DNA of 64,000 nucleotides from Scyliorhinus canicula (Eukaryota): NCBI RefSeq assembly GCF_902713615.1, contig NC_052158.1, positions 39,547,729 to 39,611,728 of the forward strand, read 5' to 3'. Shown piece by piece: positions 36,351 to 48,832 of this stretch (position 1 is its first letter; each line of letters starts with the position of its first letter). The notes under the pieces were generated by a model. It saw only the letters and a program-made list of their open reading frames with translations, ran no database searches and was not told where the DNA came from. The position numbers and the translations under genes were made by a program.

Positions 36351-38700
36351 AACAGACATCTACAGCTGCTGAAAGATGCCCTCGTACGAACGGGATATGG
36401 CGCTCGACTCATCGATCAACAGTTCCAACGCGCCACAGCAAAAACCGCACCGACCTCCTCAGAAGACAAACACGGGACACAACCAACAGAGTACCCTTCG
36501 TCGTCCAGTACTTCCCCGGAGCGGAGAAACTACAACATCTTCTTCGCAGCCTTCAACATGTCATCGATGAAGATGAACATCTTGCCAAGGCCATCCCCAC
36601 ACCCCCACTACTTACCTTCAAACAACCGCGCAACCTCAAACAAACCATTGTTTGCAGCAAATTACCCAGCCTTCAGAACAGCGACCACGACACCACACAA
36701 TTCTGCTATGGCAATCTCTGCAAGACGTGCCAGATCATCGACATGGGTACCACCATTACAAGTGAGAACACCACCCACCAGGTACGCGGTACATACTCGT
36801 GTGACTCGGCCAACGTTGTCCATCTCATATGCTGCAGGAAAGGATGTCCCGAAGCGTGGTACATTGCCGAGACCATGCAGACGCTGTGACAACGGATGAA
36901 CGGACATCGCGCGACAATCACCAGGCAGGAATGTTCCCTTCCAGTCGGGGAATACTTCAGCAGTCAAGGGCATTCAGCCTCTGATCTCTGATTCTCCAAG
37001 GTGGCTTTCAGGACGCGCGACAATGCAGAATCGCCGAGCAGAAACTTATAGCCAAGTTCCGCACACATGAGTGCGGCCTCAACCGGGACCTGGGATTCAT
37101 GTCATATTACATTCACCCCCCACCATCTGGCCAGGACTTGCAAAATCCTACCAACTGTCCTGGCTTGAGACAATTCCTGGATTCCTGGATTTGTTTATTG
37201 TCACGTGAACTGAGGTACAGTGAAAAGTATTTTTCTGCAAGCAGCTCAACAGATCATTCAGTACATGGAAGAAAAGGGAATTAAACAAAATTCAAGAAAA
37301 TACATAATAGGGCAACACAAGGTACACAATGTAACTACATAAGCACCAGCATCGGATGAAGCATACAGGGTGTAGTGTTAATGAGGTCAGTCAATAAGAG
37401 GGTCATTTAGGAGTCTGGTGACAATGGTGAAGAAGCTGTTTTTGAGTCTGTTCGTGCGTGTTCTCAGACTTCTGTATCTCCTGCCCGATGGAAGAAGTTG
37501 GAAAAGTGAGTAAGCCGGGTGGAAGGGATCCTTGATTATGCTGCCCGCTTTCCCCCGGCAGCGGGAGGTGTAGATGGAGTCCATGGATGGGAGGCAGGTT
37601 TGTGTGATGGACTGGGCGGTATTCACGACTCTCTGAAGTTCTTTGAGGTCCTGTGCTGAGTAGTTGCCATACCAGGCTGTGATGCAGCCCAATAGGATGC
37701 TTTCTATAGTGCATCTGTAAAAGTTGGTAAGGGTTAATGTGGACATGCCGAATTTCCTTAGTTTCCTGAGGAAGTATAGGTGCGGTTGTGCTTTCTTGGT
37801 GATTGCGTCAACGTGAGTGGACCAGGACAGGTTTTTGGTGATGTGCACCCCTAGGAATTTGAAACTGCTAACCATCTCCACCTCGGCCCTGTTGATCCTG
37901 ACAGGGGTGTGTACAGTACTTTGCTTCCTGAAGTCAATGACCAGCTCTTTAGTTTTGCTGGCATTGAGTGAGAGATTATTGTCGTTACACCACTCCACTA
38001 GGTTCTCTATCTCCCTCCTGTATTCTGACTCGTCATTATTCGAGATCCGGCCCACTATGGTCGTATCGTCAGCAAACCTGTAGATGGAGTTGGAACCAAG
38101 TTTTGCCACACAGTCATGTGTGTACAGCGAGTATAGTAGGGGGCTAAGTACGCAGCCTTGCGGGGCACCGGTATTGAGGACTATTGTGGAGGAGGTGTTG
38201 GTGTTCATTCTTACTGATTGTGGTATGTTGGTCAGAAAATCAAGGATCCAGTTGCAGAGTGGAGAGCCAAGTCCTATATTTTGGAGCTTTGATGTTAGCT
38301 TGGCTGGGATTATGGTGTTGAAGGCAGAGCTGTAGTCAATAAATAGGAGTCTGATGTAGGAGTCCTTGTTTTTGAGATGCTCTAGGGATGAGTGTAGGGC
38401 TAGGGAAATGGCGTCTGATGTGGACCGGTTGCGACGGTATGCGAATTGACACCTCTTTAACCTGGGATTACCCCTATCTCTGGATCGGCAACAACTTAAT
38501 TACCTGCAAATGCTCGCATTCTAAGCATTGTCTGGCATCTTTGAATTTGTCTGGATATATGTTTCTGGAACATACTTCTTCAATCACCTGAGGAAGGAGC
38601 AGTGCGGAAAGCAGTGAGGAAAGACCTGTTAGACTTTAACCTGGTGTTGTAAGACTTCTTACTGTGCTCACCCCAGTCCAACACCGGCATCTCCACATCA
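36351..38700 (+). mobile_element. Inverted copy of the Penelope 3' portion, split by a Rex/Babar insertion (37175-38447)
   Basis: 36351 gtaacagacatctacag is the reverse complement of 34855-34871; 36900-37173 and 38448-38690 mirror 34110-34600. Confidence 0.88.
37175..38447 (-). mobile_element. Rex1/Babar-type LINE RT 3' fragment
   Basis: [22 protein letters not shown]...FADDTTIVG...[15 protein letters not shown]...FKFLGVHI. Confidence 0.9.
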
Positions 38701-39019
38701 TGGCGACCATCTATCACAGTTCATCGTCTGATGATAGTTTCCCTGCTGTTTGACCTTTCACATCTTTTGTCCTCTCTGGGGACTGCCATTAACACTCTTT
38801 CCCCATGGTATCTGTGGCCATTAGCACCCGGTTTCCCAGGGTTTCTGTGGCTATGACTCATCTTTCATTCAAACTCCACTATATTTCCCACTTTCACTGT
38901 CTGTTTGGTTTGACAAAGAGTCATCGGACTCGAAACGTTAGCTCGTTTCTCTACCTACAGATGCTGCCAGACCTGCTGTGATTTTCCAGCATTTTCTCTG
39001 ACCATGCTTGCTACTTTGG

Positions 39020-39910
39020 ACTGATGTTGGTTTTTGTTTCATTGTGGGGGGATTGTATAGTTAATATTGTATTTTTGTTGTGTGTTATATTTGTGCCGAG
39101 TGGCTGGGAGATTCCCAGTTGCGGCCCCTCCTGCTTCTGCAAACTGGGGGTTGAGGGGTCCCTCCCAGTGCTCATGAGAGGGAGGAGTGTTTTCTATCTC
39201 TCTCCTCAGTCCTGCACTGCCTGCCCTTTTCTGGTGGACTGTGCTGCTTGCAGTGCCTTTCCACCAATGTGGGACTGTTGCTGGAACCGGGGGGAGAAGG
39301 AGCGTGCGCTGGCCTGAGTGCTGCCGGCTTGGCCTTGTACTTAATTGCTTGATGGGTTTTGTTTTGTAGTTACCCTGCATTGTGTCTTGATTTTTTTTGG
39401 TAAAGTGAGTTCTCTCTCTCTCCCACGCCCCTTATCGGTGTGTGCTTTTCCGCTGGTCTTTGGATGCCTTTCCACTGATGTGGGGTTACCGTTGGGGGGG
39501 GGGGGGGGGGTGAAGTGGCTATACGCTGACTTTACAATTGGTGATTTGTTTGAAGGAATTGTTTTGGGTTGAAATGTGCTCCCTCTTGGGAGGGGAGGGT
39601 GTTCCCTCTCTCTCACATTGTGCTCTGCACCGGTCTGTCCTTTTCCAATGGCCTCTGCTTCCCGTTTTGGCGCCTTTCCACCGATGTGGGGCTACTGTTA
39701 GGGCTGGGGGGGAGGGGGAGTTGGTGCTGGGTGTGTACTGGCTTGAGAGCTCCTGGTTTTGTTTATAGTGTGTGAATGTTTTTGGCATATTACTGATTTG
39801 CCTGCCTGTTTTTAGCTTTTTGCTGCTTTTATATTCTGGAGTTGTCAATAAACTTAAAATATTGGCCACCTGGAATCTATTGTCCTTCTCTTGTGACCTC
39901 CCTGAGGGTT
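39020..39910. repeat. Dispersed repeat copy 1 (unclassified); diverged direct copy at 43745-44680
   Basis: Shared blocks ttgcggcccctcctg, ggggttgagggg.c.ctcccagtgct and ggagttgt.aataaact.aaaatattgg.cacctg.aatcta. Confidence 0.8.
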
Positions 39911-40659
39911 ATGGTCCAATCTGGACAAGGGTACAATCATCCTTAGCTGGGTGAAGCTCAGGCCTGTCACATTCAGGCTGTGTTTCACTGAGCTCCTGCT
40001 GCTTCTGGCTGGAACCCGGTTTACCCACCTGGTGTTTGACTCTGTCTGCTGGCTGCCTTTTCAGCACTTTGAAGCCTGGACTACGGTAAGGGAGAACAAT
40101 GCTGCGACCGGTTACCTACCAGAGGGTAAGGGGATCTTGTGATGTTCTCTGTGTTCACGGATGGCAATGTCTTTGTGGTTGAATCAATAAGAGAACATAT
40201 GGCTTTGTTAAAGAACAAAACTATTTATTAACTATAAAAACAGTATAAAGATTTCTACGATGTGAATGATAAGTACAGTTGGATAATATGGCTAAATACA
40301 AATAATTGTGATTAACCAGCATTAATTAGTTAGCATTAATTAAACCAGCCAGGGCTAAATCGCTGGCTTTGAAAGCAGACCAATGCAGGCCAGCAGCACA
40401 GTTTAATTCCCATACCAGCCTCCCTGAACAGGTGCTGGAATGTGGCGACTAGGGGCTTTTCACAGTAACTTCATTTGAAGCCTACTTGTGACACTAAACG
40501 ATTGACATTTATTTTTAATTTCATTGCTATTGACTAAGGAGCTACTCGATATGCAACCGGACTCGACGCCTGCTATCCACGTTCTGCTTCACGTGTGTCT
40601 GTGTTCCAGTAAAGTTCTCCTGCTGCCACACCCCCTGAGGTCGGATGCTAGAAATGTAA

Positions 40660-40998
40660 TAGAACATAGAACAGTACAGAACAGGCCCTTCGGCCCTCAA
40701 TGTTGTGCCGAGCCATGATCACCCTACTCAAACCCACGTATCCACCCTATATCCGTAACCCAACAACCTCCCCCTTAACCTTACTTTTATTAGGACACTA
40801 CGGGCAATTTAGCATGGCCAATCCACCTAATCCGCACATCTTTGGACTGTGGGAGGAAACCGGAGCACCCGGAGGAAACCCACGCACACAGGGGGAGGAC
40901 GTGCAGACTCCACACAGACAGTGACCCAGCCGGGAATCGAACCTGGGACCCTGGAGCTGTGAAGCATTTATGCTAACCACCATGCTACCCTGCTGCCC
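40660..40998 (-). mobile_element. Young full-length tRNA-derived SINE (HE1/V-SINE-like)
   Basis: Near-identical reverse complement of 49581-49896; A/B boxes and (TTCTA)n-type tail. Confidence 0.93.
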
Positions 40999-41089
40999 CA
41001 AATCTATACATACAAGCACTAATGTTTATATCCAGTTTGGTTTTTATATCATGTACACAAATCCTAGTTCACATATCGTCATGGATCCT

Positions 41090-43530
41090 ATGGCTGCTGC
41101 CAGTTGTGAGCAGTGGAGAGGGAGGAGAGAGGATCCTATTGCTGCTGCCAGTTGCTAGCAGGGGAGAGAGAGGAGAGAGGATCCTATTGCTGCTGCCAGT
41201 TGTGATCAGGGGAGAGAGAGGAGAGAGGATCCTATTGCTGCTGCCAGTTGTGAGCAGTGGAGAGAGAGGAGAGAGGATCCTATTGCTGCTGCCAGTTGTG
41301 AGCAGTGGAGAGAGGGGAGAGAGGATCCTATTGCTGCTGCCAGTTGTGAGCAGTGGAGAGAGGGGAGAGAGGATCCTATTGCTGCTGCCAGTTGTGAGCA
41401 GTGGAGAGAGAGGAGAGAGGATCCTATTGCTGCTTCCATTTGTGAGCAGTGGAGAGAGAGGAGAGAGGATCCTATTGCTGCTGCCAGTTGTGAGCAGTGG
41501 AGAGAGAGGAGAGAGGATCCTATTGCTGCTGCCAGTTGTGAGAAGTGGAGAGAGAGGAGAGAGGATCCTATTGCTGCTGCCAGTTGCTAGCAGGGGAGAG
41601 AGGATCCTATTGCTGCTGCCAGTTGTGAGCAGTGGAGAGGGAGGAGAGAGGATCCTATTGCTGCTGCCAGTTGCTAGCAGTGGAGAGAGAGGAGAGAGGA
41701 TCCTATTGCTGCTGCCAGTTGCTAGCAGGGGAGAGAGAGGATCCTATTGCTGCTGCCAGTTGCGAGCAGTGGAGAGAGAGGAGAGAGGATCCTATTGCTG
41801 CTGCCAGTTGTGAACAGTGGAGAGAGAGGAGAGAGGAGCCTATTGCTGCTGCCAGTTGTGAGCAGTGGAGAGAGAGGAGAGAGGATCCTATTGCTGCTGC
41901 CAGTTGTGAACAGTGGAGAGAGAGGAGAGAGGATCCTATTGCTGCTGCCAGTTGCTAGCAGGCGAGGGAGAGGAGAGAGGAGCCTATTGCTGCTGCCAGT
42001 TGTGAGCAGGGGAGAGAGAGGGGAGAGGATCCTATTGCTGCTGCCAGTTGTGAGCAGTGGAGAGAGAGGAGAGAGGATCCTATTGCTGCTGCCAGTTGTG
42101 AGCAGTGAGGAGAGAGGATCCTATTGCTGCTGCCAGTTGTGAGCAGTGGAGAGAGAGGAGAGAGGATCCTATTTCTGCTGCCAGTTGTGAGCAGTGGAGA
42201 GGGAGGAGAGAGGATCCTATTGCTGCTGCCAGTTGTGAGCAGTAGAGAGAGGATCCTATTGCTGCTGCCAGTTGTGAGCAGTGGAGAGGGAGGAGAGAGG
42301 ATCCTATTGCTGCTGCCAGTTGTGAGCAGTGGAGAGGGAGGAGAGAGGATCCTATTGCTGCTGCCAGTTGTGAGCAGTGGAGAGGGAGGAGAGAGGATCC
42401 TATTGCTGCTGCCAGTTGTGAGCAGTGGAGAGAGGATCCTATTGCCGCTGCCAGTTGCTAGCAGTGGAGAGAGAGGAGAGAGGATCCTATTGCTGCTGCC
42501 AGTTGTGAGCAGTGGAGAGAGAGGAGAGAGGATCCTATTGCTGCTGCCAGTTGTGAGCAGGGGAGAGGAGCCTATTGCTGCTGCCAGTTGCTAGCAGTGG
42601 AGAGAGAGGAGCCTATTGCTGCTGCCAGTTGTGAGCAGTGGAGAGAGAGGAGAGAGGATCCTATTGCTGCTGCTAGTTGTGAGCAGTGGAGAGAGAGGAG
42701 AGAGGATCCTATTGCTGCTGCCAGTTGTGAGCAGGGGAGAGAGAGGAGAGAGGATCCTATTGCTGCTGCCAGTTGCTAGCAGTGGAGAGAGGATCCTATT
42801 GCTGCTGCCAGTTTTGAGCAGTGGAGAGATAGGAGAGAGGATCCTATTGCTGCTGCTAGTTGCCAGCAGGGAGGAGAGAGGAGCCTATTGCTGCTGCCAG
42901 TTGTGAGCAGTGGAGAGAGAGGAGAGAGGATCCTATTGCTGCTGCCAGTTGTGAGCAGTGGAGAGAGAGGAGAGAGGATCCTATTGCTGCTGCCAGTTGT
43001 GAGCAGTGGAGAGAGAGGAGAGAGGATCCTATTGCTGCTGCCAGTTGTGAGCAGGGGAGAGAGAGGAGAGAGGATCCTATTGCTGCTGCCAGTTGTGAGC
43101 AGTGGAGAGAGAGGAGAGAGGATCCTATTGCTGCTGCCAGTTGTGAGCAGGGGAGAGAGAGGAGAGAGGATCCTATTGCTGCTGCCAGTTGCTAGCAGTG
43201 GAGAGAGGATCCTATTGCTGCTGCCAGTTGCTAGCAGTGGAGAGAGGATCCTATTGCTGCTGCCAGTTTTGAGCAGTGGAGAGAGAGGAGAGAGGATCCT
43301 ATTGCTGCTGCCAGTTTTGAGCAGTGGAGAGAGAGGAGAGAGGATCCTATTGCTGCTGCCAGTTTTGAGCAGTGGAGAGAGAGGAGAGAGGATCCTATTG
43401 CTGCTGCCAGTTGTGAGCAGGGGAGAGAGAGGAGAGAGGATCCTATTGCTGCTGCCAGTTGTGAGCAGGGGAGAGAGAGGAGAGAGGATCCTATTGCTGC
43501 TGCCAGTTGCTAGCAGTGGAGAGAGAGGAG
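41090..43530. repeat. 48-bp minisatellite with variable (GA) spacer
   Basis: Unit ggagagaggatcctattgctgctgccagttgtgagcagtggagagaga; the ORFs are repeat translations. Confidence 0.97.
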
Positions 43531-43744
43531 AGAGCTTGTCTGCAGTTCCCACACCCGTCACTGACAGCTTATCTGTTTATCGGCTGTGATTGGAGCAAGG
43601 AGCGGAATTTGATTGGCTGGCTGCCAGGCAGAAGGTGGAAGAGAAAGAACTGGCTTTTACAGTTTTGGACTGGATAGTGTCTGAAGAAGATGCTGGTTAC
43701 TGTGGGAGTGGCAGGGCAGTGGACTGATTGACTGTTTACTGCTT

Positions 43745-44680
43745 GTACTGATGTTGTTTTTCGTTTTATTGTTGGGAGATTGGATGTTTATTATTGTATT
43801 TCTGTTGTGGTAGTTTTTCGTGTCTAGCGGCTGAGTGCTCGTCATTTGCGGCCCCTCCTGATTATTGGGGGTTGAGGGGCCGCTCCCAGTGCTGGTGAGT
43901 GGGATGTGTGTTCTCTATCTCCTCAACCTGCACTGCCTGTACTTTTCCAGGGGACTGTGCTGCTTGTGGGCATCTTTCCACCGATGTGGGGCTGTTGCTG
44001 GAGCCGGGGTGGTGGTGGGGATGGGGGGGGGGGGGGGGGAAGGGCGAGGGGGGAGCGCTGCTGGCTTGAATGCTGGCGGCTTTGCCTTGTACTTAGCGGT
44101 TTGTTGGGTTTTGTTTTTTTGTTGGTTACTCTGTATTTTGCCTTGATTTATTTTGTGAAGTGTGTCCTCTCTCTCTCTTCCGCCATGCCCCATATCGCTG
44201 TGTACTTTCCCGGTGGTCTGAGCTGCTCATTTGGGTCCATTTTCACCTATGTGGGGCTACCTTTGGGGAGGTGGGGGGGGGTGGGGGTGGGGGGGGGGGG
44301 GGGGGGGGGAGTGCCTATATGCTGACTTTACAGCTGGTGGTTTGTTTGAGGGATCTGTTTTGGGTTGAAAAGTGCCCCCTCTTGGGAGGGGAGGGGTATT
44401 ATCTTTCTCTCTCCCCCCCGCCACATCGTGCCCTGCAGCAGTGTGTCCTTTCCTGATGGTCTGTCCTGCTCGTTTGGGTACCTTTCTGCCGATGTGGAGC
44501 TACCATTGGGGCTTGGGGTGCCTGGGGTGGTTTTGTTCTTGGTGTCTTGTGGATGTTTTAGCATATAGCTGATTTGTTTGTATTCAGCTGTGTTTATTTT
44601 TGTATTTTGGAGTTGTTAATAAACTCAAAATATTGGTCACCTGTAATCTAATTGTCCTTATTGACCTTCCTCAGGGTTAA
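43745..44680. repeat. Dispersed repeat copy 2
   Basis: Colinear similarity to 39020-39910. Confidence 0.8.
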
Positions 44681-44909
44681 AACATAAATAATTAATCCAT
44701 CAACATTGAAACCTCTGGATAGAGTTAGTTCAATCAGTGAACTAGAACGAGGCATTAGTTTATCAATGGAGGGAAACAGGTTTCTCCATTTAGGAAATGC
44801 ATCGTTAACCAAATCGTGAAAGCTAAAACTTGAATAAAGAACTGCGTAGAACATCTGCTTCACATATTTGAAAAGCTGAATACTATAATTAATCACCAAA
44901 GTCCATGGG

Positions 44910-47900
44910 CTAATTTATTTTCGGACTGGTCCGGTGGAGTACATTGCATTTCTTTCCTTTAATTCCTTTTCTAGCCTTTATCCTTTTCTCCGCAGCTTGA
45001 TATTGTTTCCATTCCTCTGGTAACAGCTCCACTTTCCCAGCAACTTTTGCTATTATCTCAGCCTGTTTCTTGACTTCATTCAGTGACTGGATTCTCTCCA
45101 TGAACCCAGATTTAGCCTCCTCTTTCTCAGTTCGAATCAGCAGATCGATGTAATCTGGGGTTGATAATGGGTTTGGTCGAAGAGCGATTTTTTCAAGTCT
45201 TACAATGCACTAAGATGATTTTTCAATCAGTTACAACACGGCACCCTGAACATCATCAAATTCCTGCTGAATTTTCTCCAGGATTTTCTGCTGTGACATC
45301 TTTTCACCAGATACCTTTTCATACTTTTCCTTCAGCTCACTGTATGTCCTCTTCTCCTTTCTGGTTTCATAAACAAATCTGTACTTTTGGTGACAATGAT
45401 CAGAAGATTGACATTTATTGGGACAGACTGTGCAATATCCACTCCAGGTCATTGCATCACAAAGTCTTGGAACATAATAAGCAAACGTACAAGGATAGTG
45501 ACAGGTGATTCGACATTTCTGACAGTTGTTTGCGTAGTTACCACTCCTACTGATATCTATCTCTTCCAGTAATGTGACTTCAACTTCATATTCAAAATCT
45601 TTATTTGCATCAATGTCGACCTGGTGTTGGTTCAAAGCCTGTTTTGTCTTCCTGATCTCCTCCAGTTTTGTTAAACCCACTTTGACCTGAGGCTGTAATC
45701 CCTGTATTGCAGCCTCCAGCTGCTGACGCTCCCTCAGGACCTCCTTTGTTAAGAGTAAACTCTTTGCTTCCATTTTATTCAGCATTGCAAAGAATTTCCT
45801 CAAACTGTTTGATCCCATCTTCCAGAACATTCCATTAATGTTATCACCGTCCTCCTCTTCCTCATCATCGCTCCCATCAGAACTAATCTTGTTGGCAGAG
45901 TTTCCAGAAGCTGAACTTTGAGCAAATACGGCTGAATTGTTGAATTTGAAGTGAACTGGAAAACCTTTTTTATCTTTGGCACACGGTACCTCAGCAACAT
46001 TGATGGCCTCCAGAATGGGGGGGACCTTCCCATCTGCAAATGTCACCAGGATTTGGATATTCTCAGCAATATCTTTACCAAAAATGGAAAGAATTGAATC
46101 AAAGACATATTTCTGTGAATGAGTCAGACGAGCCAATGAGGCTTGAGCAACAAAACACACGGCATCGATGTGATTAATACCATCTGGGGAAGTAAAGAAC
46201 TCTCGGATCTGATCAGTGATCAGTTTATCTCGGGTTATCCCCCTGGTATCTCCGAATCCCGGCGTGTCAATGATAGTGAGAGAGTAATCAATCTGGAATC
46301 CTTCTCGATGGTGGAGTTCATAGGCAGTGATTGAGGATGTCTGACTTTCAGCCTGGGATCTTCCTGTTCCTTCATTTATTAATTTATATCTGAAATTGTC
46401 CTCCCATTCCACACCCAGGATGTAGTTGATTATTCCGTTGATGAGGGTTGTTTTTCCTGCTCCTGTTGCTCCAAGAACCATTATTGTCCTGACACTGTGT
46501 TTTGTGGTGGGTTTTCCGAAGGAACATTTAACACAGTGTCCATCCGTGTCAAGTTTCTTCTTCTCTAAGGGGAGGGTGTAAATGGAAGGGTTCCTATTGG
46601 CTGTTAATGAACTTTCTCTGCGAAGTTTCTCAGCCAGTCTCGTTGGTTCATTTTCTGTTTTTATTAAAACCTCATCGCTTGGTTCACTAGAACCCCCTTC
46701 TCCACAGACAGCCGACACTCGCACTCTGTAGGATGTCTTGGGTTTCAATCCCTCTAAAGTACATTGATATCGACTGTCTGTTGTCTTTATTTTCTTCCTT
46801 TTTTCAATAATCATGCTGGAGTTAACTGCCTGTTCGTCCCTGTCTGCTTTCCTTTTCTGAACTCCATCAACACCAGTTTGAATCTCAATTTATTTGAAAA
46901 TGTTGGGTATTGTAGCAAACAAGTTTACCTCATGCTGTATACCAACTGGTGGTCTTGTAGGAAGTGTGGTGACACTGGAACTCTCACTGACCGTGCTGAC
47001 CCCTGCCTTGGTCACTGCTCTGTATTGGAATTGATATTCCTGGTGTGGCTGTAACCCGGATATTGTGAAGGATTTGGATGTATCGGATGTATCCACAGTT
47101 GTCCATTCCTCCTGTTGGGTAGCTCGGTACTCCACCCTGTACCCAACAATCTCACCAGCTCCGTATCTCGGTGGCTGGAATTGGAGGGTCACACTGTCAT
47201 GTGTTGTTCCACTAACCACAGGTCTCTCCGGCTGCAATGGGGGTTCGAAGCAGTGACTGACCACAATCCCTCTCTCATACAGGTAAATCGATGCTCCCAC
47301 ATTACTGTCATCCTGCACAGAAGCAACAATGAACTTTGTTTTCTCTCGTGCACTGTTGGCTGTGGAAAAATCCAGGAATAATTGAGAGCGTTCCCTCATC
47401 TTCTGGGATACAGACGCTGAGTTAAACCACTGCTGGGTGTGATGTTCTGCACTAACCTGGTCAGCAGGATTTGGGTTCTGCATTTTCTCAGCCGTGAGAG
47501 ATTGTAGGTAACTGTCTCCTTCTGACAGATAGAAATCCTCTTGATGCAGTGATGTGAATATGAAACAGACCACATACTCTGTCTGTGAATCCAACACTTC
47601 TTTATCCAAATCACTCCTTGATTTCACAACATGTATATCTTTCAATATTGAGAGATAAGATTTCACCACATTCATTTCCCTCTCCTGGTCATCCAGCCAT
47701 TTGATCAGTGACTGGTGTTTGAATGGTGACTGTTCCTTGTTCTTTAGAATATCCACCAGCAACCCTTCCTCCTCCCCACCTCCACGGATAGATGGTAAAT
47801 CTCTGGCTAAAGTCTTCTGGAAAACCAGTTTGTACTCCAGACACATCTCTCGGAATTTCATTATCCTGTTCCCAATCTCTGGAAATTGAGCAGTGACACT

Positions 47901-48691
47901 GTCTCCCATCATATCATTGCATCTCATCACTGCCTCATTGAGCTGCTCCAGCACAGACTGGCAGTGATTGACCAGTCCGACACTGATGTCTCGTACCAGC
48001 TGAGCAGCTTTGGAGTCCAGTTTGTTGAGTGGGTAGAGCCAGACTCTCATGGGCACTGCGTGGTCTCCATCCCGTCCCAGTAACTTTGGGAGGGTTCTGT
48101 AGATGTTAATGGCTTCTTGGAATGTGGTGGGATTGATATCCAGGCAGAAATCCCCATAAAAGGTGCAGCTGAATTTCTGGCTGTTGGATTGTTGTTCATC
48201 TCTCAGTTTTAGGGAGGCCTGACCCTCAATTGCAATCTTCGGAATTTCTTTAATTATCCCCTCCAGGTTAGCCTGAATATCCTGTAGGTTCTCTGATGAA
48301 GAAACCTCTTGATCAAACACAAAGAAAGCCTGAGCTCCATACAGCACTGCTGTAACCACGTGAGTTGCTGTTCCCTGATCAAACACATCCGGGTGGGTTA
48401 CATTCTGCCTCCCTAAGTGGCTCATTGTCAGCTGCTCAAACCTGGTTGTTGTTCGGTACTGAAGGGTCACTCGGGCCTGTCGCTTTGATCTCTTTGTGTC
48501 ATTGAGATATTTCGCTGATCCTTTCACCTCGACCAATCCAGACAAGAAACTTGCTTTCAGTGATCCGTTCACATTCAGAGCAGAGGTTTTTGTCTCGATG
48601 GAGTCAGAGGTAATGATGTGAAACTCTGTGTTGCGCTGAGATTGTCCGTCAATGTCCTTTTCCAGGGTCTCGATGTCCCACAATGTGACCC
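44910..48691 (-). pseudogene. Large exon 2 of a stonustoxin/verrucotoxin-like MACPF + FN3 + FN3 + P-loop GTPase + Cys-rich/coiled-coil gene, with three in-frame stops
   Basis: Acceptor cttctgtag|GG at 48692; GVTLWD...SLKASFLSGLVEVKGSAKYLND...RVTLQY...ATHVVTAVLYGAQAFFVFD (SNTX-type); FN3 (YRVEY..W..FTISGLQP..Y); GATGAGKTT, DTPGFGDTRG; CxxCxxxCHxxC; single frame with TAA 46890-92, TAA 45231-33, TAG 45210-12 and final TAG 44910-12. Confidence 0.9.
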
Positions 48692-48832
48692 CTACAGAAG
48701 TAACAAAATAAACAGGTTAATACTGAGATTAATATTGATCAATGGACAGTGAGTAAAGTCAATGCACTGTGGGTGTGGGGGGCCTCACAGAGATCAGTGT
48801 GTGTTGTCCCACAGTTAGTATTACTGTATTAC

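Noticed and set aside
41022-43589. ORFs with LLLLPVVSSGERGER or CCCQL repeats
   Set aside because: 48-bp minisatellite artefacts
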